This document shows, piece by piece, positions 39,149-52,847 of a stretch of 64,000 nt of DNA. The DNA is from Bugula neritina (taxonomy: Eukaryota > Animalia > Bryozoa). The notes beneath the pieces are model-generated. The model did no database searches, was not told the origin of the DNA, and worked only from the letters and a program-made list of their open reading frames with translations. Location of the stretch: the NCBI GenBank assembly GCA_964035545.1, contig OZ037770.1:5092529-5156528 (forward strand). The letters are read 5' to 3'. Both the position numbers and the translations under genes were made by a program. Positions within the stretch are counted from its first letter, which is position 1. Every line of letters starts with the position of its first letter.

Positions 39149-39916
39149 AGGATTGCTCTATCTTGTCTAATAAATGGCCATTTAGGTCAAACACACATAA
39201 TATTGTGTTTTTCTAAGCATGCATTGACAAAAAGCATTTGACCAAAGGTAGAAAAAGTTAGTTGAAGTTGAGGGTGTAGATTGGTAACAGCCAAAACGCC
39301 GATTTTGAAATGAGCTGGGAAATGTGACGTAACAGCGCCAGCATTCCTGCTGGTCACGTGACTATACAAATGAATAACTATAGAAATATGACTGTGAGAT
39401 GTAATCTTTTGGCTTGTAATTTGTATATTTATAGAAGTGCAAATGTGAATTATCTCAACCTATAGTTTTTTGACATTTTAAATAACATGTATGTGATAGC
39501 ATTAGGCTATATTTTGCTTGTAAACATTAGAAAAAGCCTTGCAAAAACATGCATTCTTTAGGATGAATGCCTGCGATCGATCTAAACTAGGTCAGATTGC
39601 GCAATATTACGGGCACACCAAAGCTGACCTATATAGCGCACTGTAACTGCTTGAGCGTTATTGGTTGATGTTGCGCCCAGCAACCTTGAATACTAGCGTT
39701 ATAGTTAGCACGTGCAGCATAGTTACTGGCGTTCACACGTCACGTTTTAGGCTCTTCTTTTTCATGGCTGAAAATTTTACCTCCCTCAGAATTGGAATTT
39801 TGAAAAGCTGTTTTCTAGGCACATATCCCTTTGCAAAGCCACAATTGTTTGCATACACATTAGATTATAGTTCATAATTATAATGTGATTGTAATAAACT
39901 AAGATTGAGCAATCCT
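39149..39916. mobile_element. Non-autonomous DNA transposon family B (Kolobok-like), copy 1
   Basis: TTAA flanks at 39145-48 and 39917-20; TIR aggattgctc(t/a)atctt; about 96% identical by eye to 53013..53781. Confidence 0.88.
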
Positions 39917-40288
39917 TTAATATCAATATGATATATTATTATTGCTGATAGTCTATGTTATAGTTAAATTTATACTTATCTTTACAGTTACCTATAGTAG
40001 CACTTATTAGTTATTTGTGGTAGCCAAACTAATGTTTAATATTAATAAATTAAACTGAGTATCATAAAAGTGTTACTAAGAATTTTAATTATAATCGTAA
40101 TGGTGATCATATTACTTTATTATAATTATTATATTTTATCATTAATGCTAAACTGAGTTAATGTATATACTTTGAGTTTTACTATTACTCATTATATTTA
40201 CACTTATAGTAAAACTAAATATGTAAAAGTTATACTTATACTATTATTATTCGTATTTCATTAGACTTACATCTAAGATCGCAGTCCT

Positions 40289-40400
40289 ATTACTACTACC
40301 ACTGATACTAGTACTACAACTAGTACTAGTACTGCTACTAGTACTACTACTACTACTACTAATAGTACTGTTACTACTACTACTACTAGTACTACTACTA
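40289..40400. repeat. (TAC)n-rich degenerate microsatellite
   Basis: Direct observation. Confidence 0.75.
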
Positions 40401-43400
40401 GGTCTACTAATGTACCAGTACAACTACAAACTTTGAAAATAACTGCAAGAAAGGTATGACTTACTCTTTTTCTTAGTCTTACTGTGACTCTCAGTCGTAA
40501 TGTAAAATAAAATTGTGAACTGTAAAGTTAAACCCAAGGCTGAAATTTATTTAATTAAATTTAGACAATCTGAATCATTGGCTCAATCCTTGAGTTTGAC
40601 TATTACTATTATTATTAGTGTTACGATTGTGATTATCATTGGCATTATGCCATTATCATTATGATTGTAATTGTGGTAATTCTAACATTAATTATAATAA
40701 TAAATTAAAAGGTAATGATTAATGATAATTATTTTCATTTTGTAATCATAATGATAATCATAATGATGTAAATTTTGATGTAAAACCAAAATACTAAAAC
40801 TAAAAGTAAAAGTTATAAAATTAAATGATAAAATATTATAATGATAATTATTATATTTATTATATTATTATTTATTGAATATATTATTTCATTAGAAAAT
40901 AGGTTGCAGCTTAGCATGATTAAAATTCAGTAAAAATTAGTTTACCAACAGCAAACATGCATGCGTCTTGTCAACATTCAATTCGTAGTGTCATAGCGAA
41001 GCCAGATTACTGGTAGTACGACTACTAGAACTACTACTACTAGTGATGGATTACAGATCCTTGGCGATTTTAGCTGTGAGTGACCTTCACCTCACATTCT
41101 CGTCATGTGCGCGGCATTAGACTAAGTAGAGGGTATGAAGCACTGAGCTGGAAAAGAAAGAATATATTTTAATTATAGGTAATACTAATAGTAATATAAT
41201 TTATGGTAATATATAGGTAATATTATTGAGTTCATTGGTATGGAGTATAGACCTATCACTGATAGTATCAGTATCAACTACCACTTACGTACTACTTCAA
41301 CTTATAACTTACCTTCAACTCAAACTCAAACTGAAACTGCTTGGAATCATTTGTCTTTGATCATATTGGCATTGTCATTGTGATTGTAATAACTATTAAT
41401 ATTTTTAGTTCAACATCAATGCCGAACATATTGTAATAACTAATAAGATAATCATAAGGTTGATATATTTTGCTAATACTAATACTAATAGTTATAGTAA
41501 TAGTTATAGTAATTCAGTGTCACTCTCACTCTGGTGGAGTGAGACTCAGACTTAGAGTTAGAGACAGAGTGAGTCCGAGTAAGTCTGAGTGTTGGTAATA
41601 GTAATAGTCATATAAATTTAAATTATATTTACTTATTTCTAGCAATCACAATGGCAATAGTTATAGTAACTTTCACTTACTCTTAAATCATTGAACCTGA
41701 ACTAAAAGTAAAATTAAGCATTATGATTATCATTATGATTATACCTATGATTTTATTATGTTTAAATTAAAAATCAATATCATGATAATATCATAGTGAT
41801 AGACATATTATTGATAAATGATAATATAAAAAAAATTTGATAAATTATACATTAATTTTGAATTAAGGTGATACTGAGTCTGATACTAGACCGGTACTGA
41901 AAGTGATAGTAATACTAATAGTAATAGTAATAGTCATATAAATTTAAGTTATATTTACTCATTACCGGCAATCACAATGGCAATAGTAACTTAAACTGTA
42001 ACAGTAATGGTATGGGTATGTTTGAAATTGTCACTATCAGTATTGCTATGAATCAAAATATAATGCTATCATACCAATAATTTAAAATAATATTACAAAG
42101 CTTCAGTAGCAACTTTTACTTGTACCAGTTTGGAATTTTGAATTATACATATTCTTAGTTAAAGTCTGCAAGTTTATTGTCAAAATGAACTTGAAATTAA
42201 AGACTTAGTAGTAAAAATTAAACTAAGACTGACTGTAAGTGACTAAGATTAAAAATAAGTAATTTTAAATATCGATTTAGTATTTTTCTTACTCTTTGTC
42301 TTAAAATTGACTTTTATTTTGCACCTACTCCTGGTCAATGATTCTTTTTTCTATTTATATTACTATTGCTATTAGTATAATTGACTTAAATTTAATAATA
42401 GATATGATTATATCTTTATAAATGTGATATTTGATTTTATGAATAGTAATTCGAAAACTCTTTGGTATTATTTATTTATGATCATTGTAGTTATTATCAT
42501 TATATTTGTATAATAATTATGATTATCAAATTCAATATCGATATTTGTATTATGGTATGGATATCTGCCTCCATCCCATGTTCTGTTTTACAGTGCCTTT
42601 TTACATTCACGTCTAGGTTCACATTGCGATGGTCATACTGATAGCACTTGGGGACAGTGATGAGCATAATGATTATCACTAATATTAGGATTATCGTTAC
42701 TAGGATTTAGAATAATTTAATAAACAAGCAACTTAAAACAAATGTTTTTACTAATATACATATTAATTACTAATATAAATATACACTATGAATATTATAA
42801 TTATTATACTTTACAATTCAAAGTAAGATAATCATAATACGAACTGGTAAAACTAAATATAAAGTAAATGTAATAATACTAATAGTAGTTATCCATTCCC
42901 CTTTGGTTTCACATACTAATGATTGGAAACCTCTGTCCTAATATTATTTCTATTAATATTGCTCAAAGTCTGATCCCTATTTAATTTTATAGTTCACTCA
43001 CCAGCTACATAATTTTATTAAAATACATGTGGTATTGGTTATAGTACTAGTGAAACTTGAAGTTGAATAGCATGCTTTTTACTCACTGCTCTTTGCTTAC
43101 ATTATTAGGGTTACTCTTTAGTCTTAGAGATACCCTAACATAAACTTGAAAGCTGGAGGTAGTACTAGTCTAGTGCTGTGTTAATCCTACACTGTTGACT
43201 TATCAACACTGTGACTATAATTATGACTCCTAAGTCAAAGTCATTTTCATATAGTAGTAATCACTATGACAGACTGAAAGTCAGGGAGACTAAATATAAT
43301 GGTAAAGTGTGTAAGAATAAATCATACTTAATCAATTACTTTTAGTTTTGTTACCAGTGTTGGGTCAACTTTCAGAATAAAGAATAAATATAATTATAAA

Positions 43401-44966
43401 GATAAATGGATAAAAATTCCAATCATGGTTTAATGTGCCTATTTTAAGCTGTTAATTTAATTACTATAATATAAGTGCTCAAAATACAACTTTTGATTTT
43501 CATAATTATGTTTTAATTTAATACAGATACCATAGTATCATATACAGTAGAATCAGTTGTATCTTATTTAATAATGAAGTAACTTATTGGAGCTTTCACA
43601 GTTATTAATTATTTACTTGTTAGTCTTTGAACTGGGACAATGTTTGAAACTTGAAGTAGAATGAAGTTTGATTTCAGTTACCGCAATGGTATCTGCAGTC
43701 ACAATAGGAATACGCATATAACTATGTTTATATTTGTGAAAAATATATAGTCAAAACTAGATAAGGTAATAGTAATTATAATTGGTTTCACTTTTAATAT
43801 ATTCCTATAAACTGGAAAATAGACAGAAGCATTTAATCATGAAAGTAAACCTAGTGGAAGTAAATCAATTCACTAAGTATAGTAAAATATTTACTATTCA
43901 GTAAGTTTATTTACTTTAGTTAATTGTACTTGATTATTTCTGTTGGTTTTTCAGTTGATTTTTCTACCTTTTGCTATAGCATATCAAACTACCACAAAGT
44001 CATGCTTCCGTATTACAATTATAAACACAGTGTTACTGTGTAATGTTATAGTAATGTAATAGTAATATTTGGATCATTGTAAGTATTTCTGTTGTTGTAC
44101 TGATTGATAAATATTTTTTAGCTTGCATGGATATTTGCAACGATCAAGATGTCATTTGAACCTGGACTGGAATAAAGATGGCAAATCGAGAAGCTAGCTA
44201 CAATTATTCTGCAGAAAGAAACTTGGTAAGCAAAAATAAGCTGCAGCATTAAGCAGTAAGCAATATGACGATGAACTTTGCTTGATTTTGATTGACCTTA
44301 AAATATCTGGTCACCTTTCACCAACGTGGTCCTGCGCCGGTGGCGGGTGACCTTAAAATGTCTGTTGCACGTAAAATAAATTTTGTGACAGTCAAAAGTA
44401 TGCTGATCTTTTTCGTATTTCAGTGCATCGGTGTCTTAGCTTAAGAGCTGAACCCAACAATTATGATCTAAAGCTGTTTTTTACTAGAAAGTGATTTTAC
44501 TGTCTTTCTGATTATTCTTGGTTTTTCAGTTTGATGAATTGAATAAATGGATTTGATTTCGGGTATTATGTAATGGATGAAAGAAATTTTTTTTAAATTT
44601 GTACTGAGCAATTTTTGCTATTGCTATGATGTTTAGTGATAAAATTGCACCCTTAATAACCCTGAAAACTTTCATTACTAGCATTTGTTTATGTTCATTT
44701 TTAGGAAATTAAAATGAAGACACAACTCACCGATGCTATCTCACTGTGCCTGCATGCAGTTTATCTAAAAAGGTACTCCTATTAGCTGGCTCTTGCCCAA
44801 TACCTGGTTGTCTCTGTAACTATTTTTTGCTCGCAGATGAGTTTTTTGAACTTGACATTTTATTGATTTTGAAAGTTATAGTGAGCTTTGAACTTGCTAG
44901 CATCGTTTTTAAAGACTTGCTGCAGTTTTTATCAACATTTTTTAAGTCAATGGTGTTAGTTTGGAA

Positions 44967-45271
44967 GCTCTCTCACTCCTCTCTCTGTCTCTTTCTCCCA
45001 CACCTTCCACTCAACCTCTCTCTCTTTCTCCCCCTCTCTCCCACCCTCCCTCTCTCCCACCCTCCCTCTCTCCCACCCTCTGTCTCTCCCACCTTCTCTC
45101 TCTCCCACTCTCCGTCTCTCCCACCTTCTCTCTCTCCTAACCTTTCTCTCTTCCCTTTTCCACTATCTCTCTGACTCTCTCCCTTTCTCTCTTCTACCCC
45201 ATCTCTCTTCCATCCTCTCTCCTAACCTTTCTCTCCCACCCCCCCCCCTCTCCCACTCTCTTTCTCTCTCT
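44967..45271. repeat. CT-rich low-complexity tract
   Basis: Repeated ctctctcccacc-type units. Confidence 0.85.
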
Positions 45272-48200
45272 AGTTTGCATGGCTTTACCCAATTTTGGTG
45301 TATTTTTTTATTTTGTTTCAGAGTATCCAAAAGGAAAGCTAAAATTTATTTAATATATATTATACCAACTTGAGCTTTACATATAATATCAAATAAATGC
45401 TGTGTTTTGTTAAAACAATGTTTGCAACTTTGTAGTATATTCAAATTCATAATTTATTTGTAGAGTCACACAACAAGACACTACTCTGACACACTCACAA
45501 GTTGCCACTGATCCAGCAGTATAGATGATTGTTTTCTCCACTGGCTATGCTGTCACGCTTTACTGTTGTGGTGTTTGAAACAAACCAATTGTTTGCCTAC
45601 GCAGATTAGGGTGAGAAAAAAAGTGAGAAATGAAAGCTGTTTTTAATACCAACTACACTTAGTTTTTATTGAATGAAAAACAAAGTGAAATCATTAGTTA
45701 TCCGTTAAATGACTAAATCATTGTTTATAAAGATGAAACACAAATAATCTTATAATATGCTAATGAAATTTGGCTTTCAAATAGCTTTTTTCTGTATATT
45801 TGTTGAGGAAGTTTATCTTCAACAAAACTTCGTAGCTGTTGAATATGTGGAGAGTATTTTATATTGCATAAATTTATAGAGTAAAAGGTTCTCATCAAAC
45901 TTTTACAACTTAGCTCATCTACGGTTTAAAAGTGTGAGTCACCCTTCACACTAGAGTTTTATAAAGTTTTAATGAATGTGCAGTATTTTATAAAACATTG
46001 TGTGTCTCGTAAATTTAGCTATTTCTACCTTTTCAGTGAGATTGGAGTAAACACACCTCAAAATTCACATCTGCTATCACATTGATTTATCGCAAGTCAA
46101 AGTACACCTACTAACTCTTCCTTCCTTAATACCTGCTTGCTTTTGCACTTCTACTCATTTCATATACCTAACATTTCTCTTGCAGATGAATTACATCTTT
46201 TAAGTTGTAAAAGCCTTAAATAGCATGAAATTAATGAGGTTTAAACCGTGGCCACACTAACTATTGATGCGTTTATTGATGGGTTAAATTACACGAAAAT
46301 ATTGTCTCTTTCTTTTTAGTTTCACCTAAAGTATTACATACTATTGATGGAGGCTTTGCTGAAGTTTTTGGGTGATGATTTGTCAATAATTTTCCAGAGA
46401 AGATGATGCCACGGTGGCTGGCATCATTATGCAGTTTCCAAATTTCTTTCGGCTTTGCTCTAGTGAAAATGTTGGAAAACAATCAACAAAAAGGTTTGTA
46501 CCATAAACGAAGTTGTTGTGTGCGTGTTGTCAAAGCATAAAGTGTGCTTGAAATTTTTGGGTTTCTGTTGAGATGCGTTTTTGCTTTTCCTGCATGAAAA
46601 AAGTTCCAGTTTCAGTTAATATCACTAGCGGAGTGCCCACCTATATTTTAAATCATATTGATGCATAAGTTCTTTTTGTAATATTAAAAGTATAACTTGC
46701 TTAATTGCTATTCAATGCCCTTTGAAGTTTCCAACTGTGATTAATTAGTTGATTTGGCAGCATAGTATCGATGATTGATGAAGGCAGCCGATATAATTAT
46801 AAGCATAAATATCTATATCTACATGAAGATGTCATTCCCAATGATTGTTATTCTGAAATCAGCTGATTAGGTTATCACAAACTAAACATTTTGACCAGTG
46901 GCTTGCAATGCAACTAGGTGAAATTTCAGACCTAGATAAATTGAATTTCTTACTGAAAATCGTGAAGGTATTAAAGTTTAAAGTGAAAGTTTAATAATAG
47001 CATGGTGCCAATTAGACTTGAAAAAATTTCAAGGCACTACAAAGCACTAAGCCCATTCTTACAAGTAGTTTCAAAGTGCACTGGAATTTCAGTTTACTTG
47101 TCATTGTATAGAATCCTGATCTACACTATATAGCATTCACTATTGCCTGCTTCTTCTAAGCATCTATAATGTATTAACTACAGTTTGCTTTGAGAAGTGA
47201 ATTTCTACTTGGTATTTTTTCCTTATCGTTCCGTTGTTTGCCAGTAGTCTTAATTTAATGGATTTTCCCTTTTCAAAAGTGGTTGTGACAATCAAAACAC
47301 ATCATGCAGCCTGCAACTACACAATCAGTCAGTAATTTCTTCCATTAAAGTAGCTCTTCTGGTTACTCTTGCTCACCTAAAAGCCTGAGCCTCATTCAAA
47401 TTGCAATTTTTTAGAGTTGTTAGTTTTTCATGCAGTCTTTCATTTTTTTTTGTTAGGCACAAAATTAGTATTCACTAGACCTAATCTTTCATCTGCATGT
47501 ATGCCTATTGTTTGTTCATTAAAGAAAAACCTCTGCTGAATATTGAACTAATAATGAAAATAAATTCCCTAAACTAAAAGTAGCAGTGTGATTTTGGTAT
47601 TACAATTAGTTGTTAGCATAGAGTCAAGTTATTGACAGGAATTTTCAAATTGAAATGAATGAATTTCATTGTAAGTCAGCAAGATTTAGTCTAAGTAAAC
47701 ATAGCATTACATCGTGTTTTATTTAGCATTTGCAGAAGGCAACATATATTTTAAGGATTATTGTAAACTTAAATGTAATTTTAAGTACTTTCCATGTTTG
47801 TTATTGTAGATGGTCTTGTTCTTTGGGATGGATGTGACAACTCCTTGTGTCAAGCTTAACTGATTGACTACTGAATCCCAATCATATGTTTTGCCAAAAA
47901 ATGTGAAAATGGAGTGCATGTCTACTTTATTTGAGAAAATATTAAAAATACTTTTGAAACTTTATCTAGCCAAACAATACAACAGTTTCATTTCATTAAA
48001 AAATATCATTTGCACAAAAATGTATTATGTAATCGAACAATTTCTAGAAAAAAAGTGCTTTCCTCCAGTTTTGCTAATGAACTACATTTTTCATTATATG
48101 CTTGTCTTTATAATTTTATGAATTGTTTTTTCTGGTGAGTCAATTAAAGTCAATTCGACCTAGAAAAGTCTGAATTTCAGACTTAATTTCAAGCTAGAAT

Positions 48201-48621
48201 ATTCACATTTTTAGGTCTGCGTTTGCAAACATTGTTGTGTTACTTTACTTTTTATATTTTTTGAAATAAATATCTTTTTAGCTTGTGCCTATTCATGATT
48301 AGAATAGTATAATAATATTTAACTTTTCTTCAATTTCAATAGATGAAAATGTTGATCAGTTGGAGTATTCAGTTTAGCTGAATTTTACTTGCTTCTGCGA
48401 AAACAATCTTTTGGAGTTGTCTGCCCTCTCTTTAGGTAATTTTTTGACCTATGGTCAACGCAATAATTATAACTTTTTAAAGATGCTTGTGAACCTAACA
48501 ATATAGCATAACTATCAAACCACATTATTCAATATCTGCATAAAATTTAGCCGATAAGCTGCCACCCAATGAGCTTGAAAAGATATTAGAATTCTAGCTC
48601 AGTGCTGCCATCAATGTAGAT

Positions 48622-48682
48622 ATTTATAATGATATAAAGCCAAAACTCATTATTTATAATGATATAAAGCCAAAACTCATTA
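48622..48682. repeat. Perfect 30-bp tandem duplication
   Basis: atttataatgatataaagccaaaactcatt occurs twice in tandem. Confidence 0.85.
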
Positions 48683-51130
48683 TTGCATGAAATTATCTAA
48701 CCATTCCTGACAAAGAATCGAGATAATAACTCCAAAGTTGGTCAGTTGAAACCACAGCAGTAATACTTTAATCGTTATAATTGTAAGGTTTAATTTTATA
48801 CCAAGCCCCAATAAGTACATATAACTATGACAACACAGCCTAAGCACCTCCAATGCAAGAAACTTAGTATTGTGGTGCTGCAAATCCTCCAGTTACAAAT
48901 GAGTAGAGCTTTCATGATTATTGGTCTACCATAATGTTTATTTAGTTTTAAGGACTAGCATAAATGCTATTATATGCGGGAGGTATTTGAAAAGCTTCCA
49001 ACTCCATCTTCAACTACGGGCTATTATAATTATGCCGATAAACGAGATACTACACTCAGACTGCCCTGTTATAGTACTATGATTGGCTACTGCAAAATTT
49101 TTGCCGATAGACAACATTTAATTATGATGTAATGTATCTCGTATTGGTACATAAGTGTTATGTCTGAGGACGAGATACTGTGAAATTATGCCCTGAAAAA
49201 ATTAATGTGAACCAGTTACAACTGGCTTCAACCAAAACACTGGAATATGTAAATTTCTTTTTCAATGATGGCTGTCACTGAGACATGAAAATATAATAGC
49301 TCATGATAAGCTGACTGACAGCACAATACTATGGAAACTGAAAAACTCATTTGCTATGAACTATAATATTTGTTTTGTAACGAATCTAAAGTTTGCCAGC
49401 CTACACTAGCAAATGCTCTTATATGATTGAGAGCTCCTCCCCTCCCCCTACACTATGCCCTTTGTATAACCACATTTTTCCCTTCCCACACCACTTAGTT
49501 AATACAAACTACAAGCACAATTTAATCTGTTATCATAATGGCAGCCAAGCTTTTTGATGTAGAATGTTCTAGAAATATAATGAATAAACTATGGGGTTGT
49601 TTAAATACACAATGGCGTTTTTTCCATGACAACAAAGTCCATCTACATTCACACTAAACATTACATTATCTTGATTGTTATTCTTAAACTTGTGTAAGTC
49701 TTGTAAGTCTATGTAAACTCATGTAATTCTTGATTGCTTTTTTTCAAATTCTGAAATATAATTCACACTTTCTAAAAAGTGTATATATTTGCAGTTGAAA
49801 TTGAAAATTATGATTTCTAGTTCAAAGTTTGAGTGCAGAGTAAAATTAGGTTACAGTTATAGTAATATAGGTGAAAACCAAAATATATAAAAAGAACTAC
49901 AGCCTTAAAAATGAATCAAAACCTAAATTATAGCCCAAGTCCTAACAGACTAAAAGAAATAGCTGATCTCATACCAGGGTTGTGGGTGCGCATGTACTCA
50001 GCTGAACTATAAATAACTTTCTCTCTCACTTCATCAGACAGTAGGGACAGTGACTTCTGTTCAAATATAGATTAGTATGTCTTATGAGTATATCAAGCTA
50101 TATTTCTTCATGTATATCAACATAATATGTCTTAAATTATAATTAAGCAATGTAATTATACATAGAGGATATATTTATAGCAATACTGTTTTACATTATA
50201 ATTGTTCTAAAAAATATTATAGTTTCTAAATCTTACATTTTTCTACAAATGACAACAAAACAGATTTAATGCTTTTATAAACATAACATATATATTTTTC
50301 TTAGGGTAAATCTAAATGCCAAGTTTTACCAATTAAAATACCGAAACCAGAACTAGTAGCTAAAACAACAAAGCAAGCAGTGAACTCACCAACAGGTGTG
50401 AAGTGAACATAGCAGAAATACGAATTTGCATGTATAGGAGCCATAAGGAGTTATCTTTACAGTAATACCTTCCATCATTTTGATTATGTTTTTAGCATTG
50501 CCATTAGCTTCCTCCACTCTTCAAAGCAATATATATCTATTGCAAAACTTAAATGGAGCCAATAATAACAAACTGAAAATGAAGTCATTTTTTTATTCTT
50601 AGTTTGCAGTCACAGTTGTCGTTTTGATGAAGATGCAAAATATTGTTATTAAAAACTTTTGTAATAATATGCTAGTGTATCACTGATGATAAAGTACATC
50701 ATATGACGTGTGTGGATCCCAAAACTAACAGTTATAAGATAAAAGTCAAATATACTATATGAAATTGAATACGTTATATAACATTTGCTGATACCTTATG
50801 ACGCATTGTCAAGCATACGGTACTGGGCTGCATGCACTGCAAAAAGCTTTGATGTGAAGCTTGCTATGTTAATTATAATCAGCAAAGTACTAAATCAGAT
50901 CACTTCTCAGATCAAGTCACCGTTCAAGTCAATTATAGCAATGACTTGAGATTTCAGTGAATTGAAAATACAATACAACCAATGAATTTTTCAACAACAT
51001 TTATCACAGTTTCTAAAATATTTTTTCTAATCATAGTACCAAAAACGCAAGCAACAGATAGTTCAAGTCCTTGCTATAAAGTTATTCAATACAATTTTAT
51101 TGATTCCATATTCTATAAAACTCTTGTCAC

Positions 51131-51197
51131 AGCTAGGATCTGATCCCGACACCCGTCAGTTGCAAGTGCAGACGCACTAACCATTACACCAAAAGGT
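51131..51197 (-). mobile_element. tRNA-derived SINE head or tRNA relic
   Basis: Minus strand TGGTGTAATGG (A-box-like) ... GGGATCAGATCC (degenerate B-box); no intact cloverleaf. Confidence 0.4.
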
Positions 51198-52847
51198 CTA
51201 TTGGATAATCGCAATAATCCGCACTTGCTCAAAATTTAACTCATTCCAGAACATTTTTGAAGACAAGTTGCATATAGTCAACACTCTAACTAAGTCCACG
51301 GGCGAGTTGAACAAAATCAGCCTGAATAAACTCTGATAATCAGTAAGTCATTTTGCTGTCTCATGCATAAAGAAGGCAGACAACTTAAAAGTAGTTCTTA
51401 GGTCTTTCATGAACTACACATGGCTACTCTTCGGGCCGTCATATTCCAACCCCCTAATTTACTTGAAAGAGAAAGAAAACTTACTTGTCTATGGCCTCCA
51501 TTACCATCAGAACAAATGTGCCACTGTTGGCTTTAGCCAGTTTATCAATATTATATCCAACATCGGCTATAGTCACACCCCCAACAAACTGGTCGTAGAA
51601 CAAAGGCTTTACAACGGCAGAAGACAGTCTTTTACCCAAAATTCTCTGTGTCCTTTCAAATATCTGTAACAAAACAATTGCTGCTCAATACTCTACAAAT
51701 ATTTCCAACTGAGACATAATATATGTACAGAACTATCAATATTCTATAACATTGTTCCACCTTTATATTATGTCTGTTTAAATTACTGAGTGAAGCACAT
51801 CACCAATTGATGTGATGGTAAAGGTCACTGATATGGTTGACTTCGATAATATTGCTGAAGAATATTTTATTCACTTTTTTATTTACTTTGTTTTCTATAA
51901 AATTGCATAATAATTGTCGAATTTCCAAGTCTTACTGGTTAGGAGTTGTATGCTCCTGTCACTTATCACAATATTATATTGAGTTATAAGAAGCACACTG
52001 ATATGTAAGTTATAATAAACTGTCATATCACATTGTGCAATTTTACAACTTCACTAAGATATAATGATGTGCAATATTATATAAAGTTGTGGTGTTTTGT
52101 AATACGATACCCTATATAATTTACATAATAAGTTTCGAAAGTAATGTAAAGCGAGACTTAGTATGTAACACATAACCTCTGCTGATCTGCTCACAAATGT
52201 CCTGTTGGAACAAACTCTGAAGACTGTCAGAGCTCTCACACTCTCCCACGATGACTTCTCTTTGAAAGCTTGCTTGTGATCAGTGAAATCCAAATCTGCA
52301 ACTGGAGATGTCGCTGTATCTTCTGCAACTGTTTCTTGGTTGATTAAAACTGCCTTTTGCTAACGGGGCAAGACAGTTGAGAAAAAATTCTGCTGCTGAA
52401 AATGTCGGGCAGAGAGCTTGACAAAAGACATTACTGGACAAGTCAAAATCTGAGTGCAAATTAAACTTGTTTTACAAAACAAAGTTGTGGAAGAATCTAA
52501 TGTCAGCTGTCAAGTGTGGTTACTGCAGAATGTGTTGTACTGCGGACAGTAAACTTCTAACACTCAGTTTGATTGGCCTAACAGTAATATCTGGTCAGTT
52601 ACTTACAACAAACCAGACACTGTGTAACATATTAATATAACACTGAAGTAAGGATTTATACTATAATCTGATTGGTATAATTATATATATTATATATAAT
52701 ATTATTTGCCTACATCAGTCTTGGTATATTTAGCTTGCCTCCAAGGACTGCATTGTGCAAACAGATTTCTCATTGATTAATGGGGACAGTGCTATCGCAA
52801 GGCACAAATTCATTCAAACAGTTCTATCAAATTAAATATGGGCTTAC

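Larger units (their letters stand above)
24997..52431 (-). pseudogene. PRODH2: Mitochondrial (hydroxy)proline dehydrogenase, PRODH2-like, disabled
   Basis: Exons 52431-52177, 51663-51485, 50518-50390, 50056-49975, 27441-27203, ~26332-26071, 25886-25798, 25160-24997. Motifs FYDQFVGG, MVDAEYT, WNTTQCYLK, KLVRGAYM, ASHN, GMCDH, YKS, LPYLSRRSHEN. In-frame TAG at 52360-52362, TGA at 26295-26297, apparent frameshift in exon 3. Confidence 0.85.

Noticed and set aside
39187-39369. Near-identical 60-aa ORFs here and at 53051..53233
   Set aside because: Both lie inside copies of the same non-coding MITE.
44746-45174. Pro/Ser/Leu-rich 142-aa ORF
   Set aside because: Derived from the CT-rich low-complexity tract.
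51131-51197. Functional tRNA gene
   Set aside because: The T-loop/B-box is degenerate and the acceptor stem does not pair convincingly; kept only as a SINE-like relic.
52655-52710. Similarity to 61152-61195 (actataatctgattg) as a long TSD
   Set aside because: It lies about 190 bp from the LTR end and is diverged; the 4-bp TTAC duplication explains the insertion.
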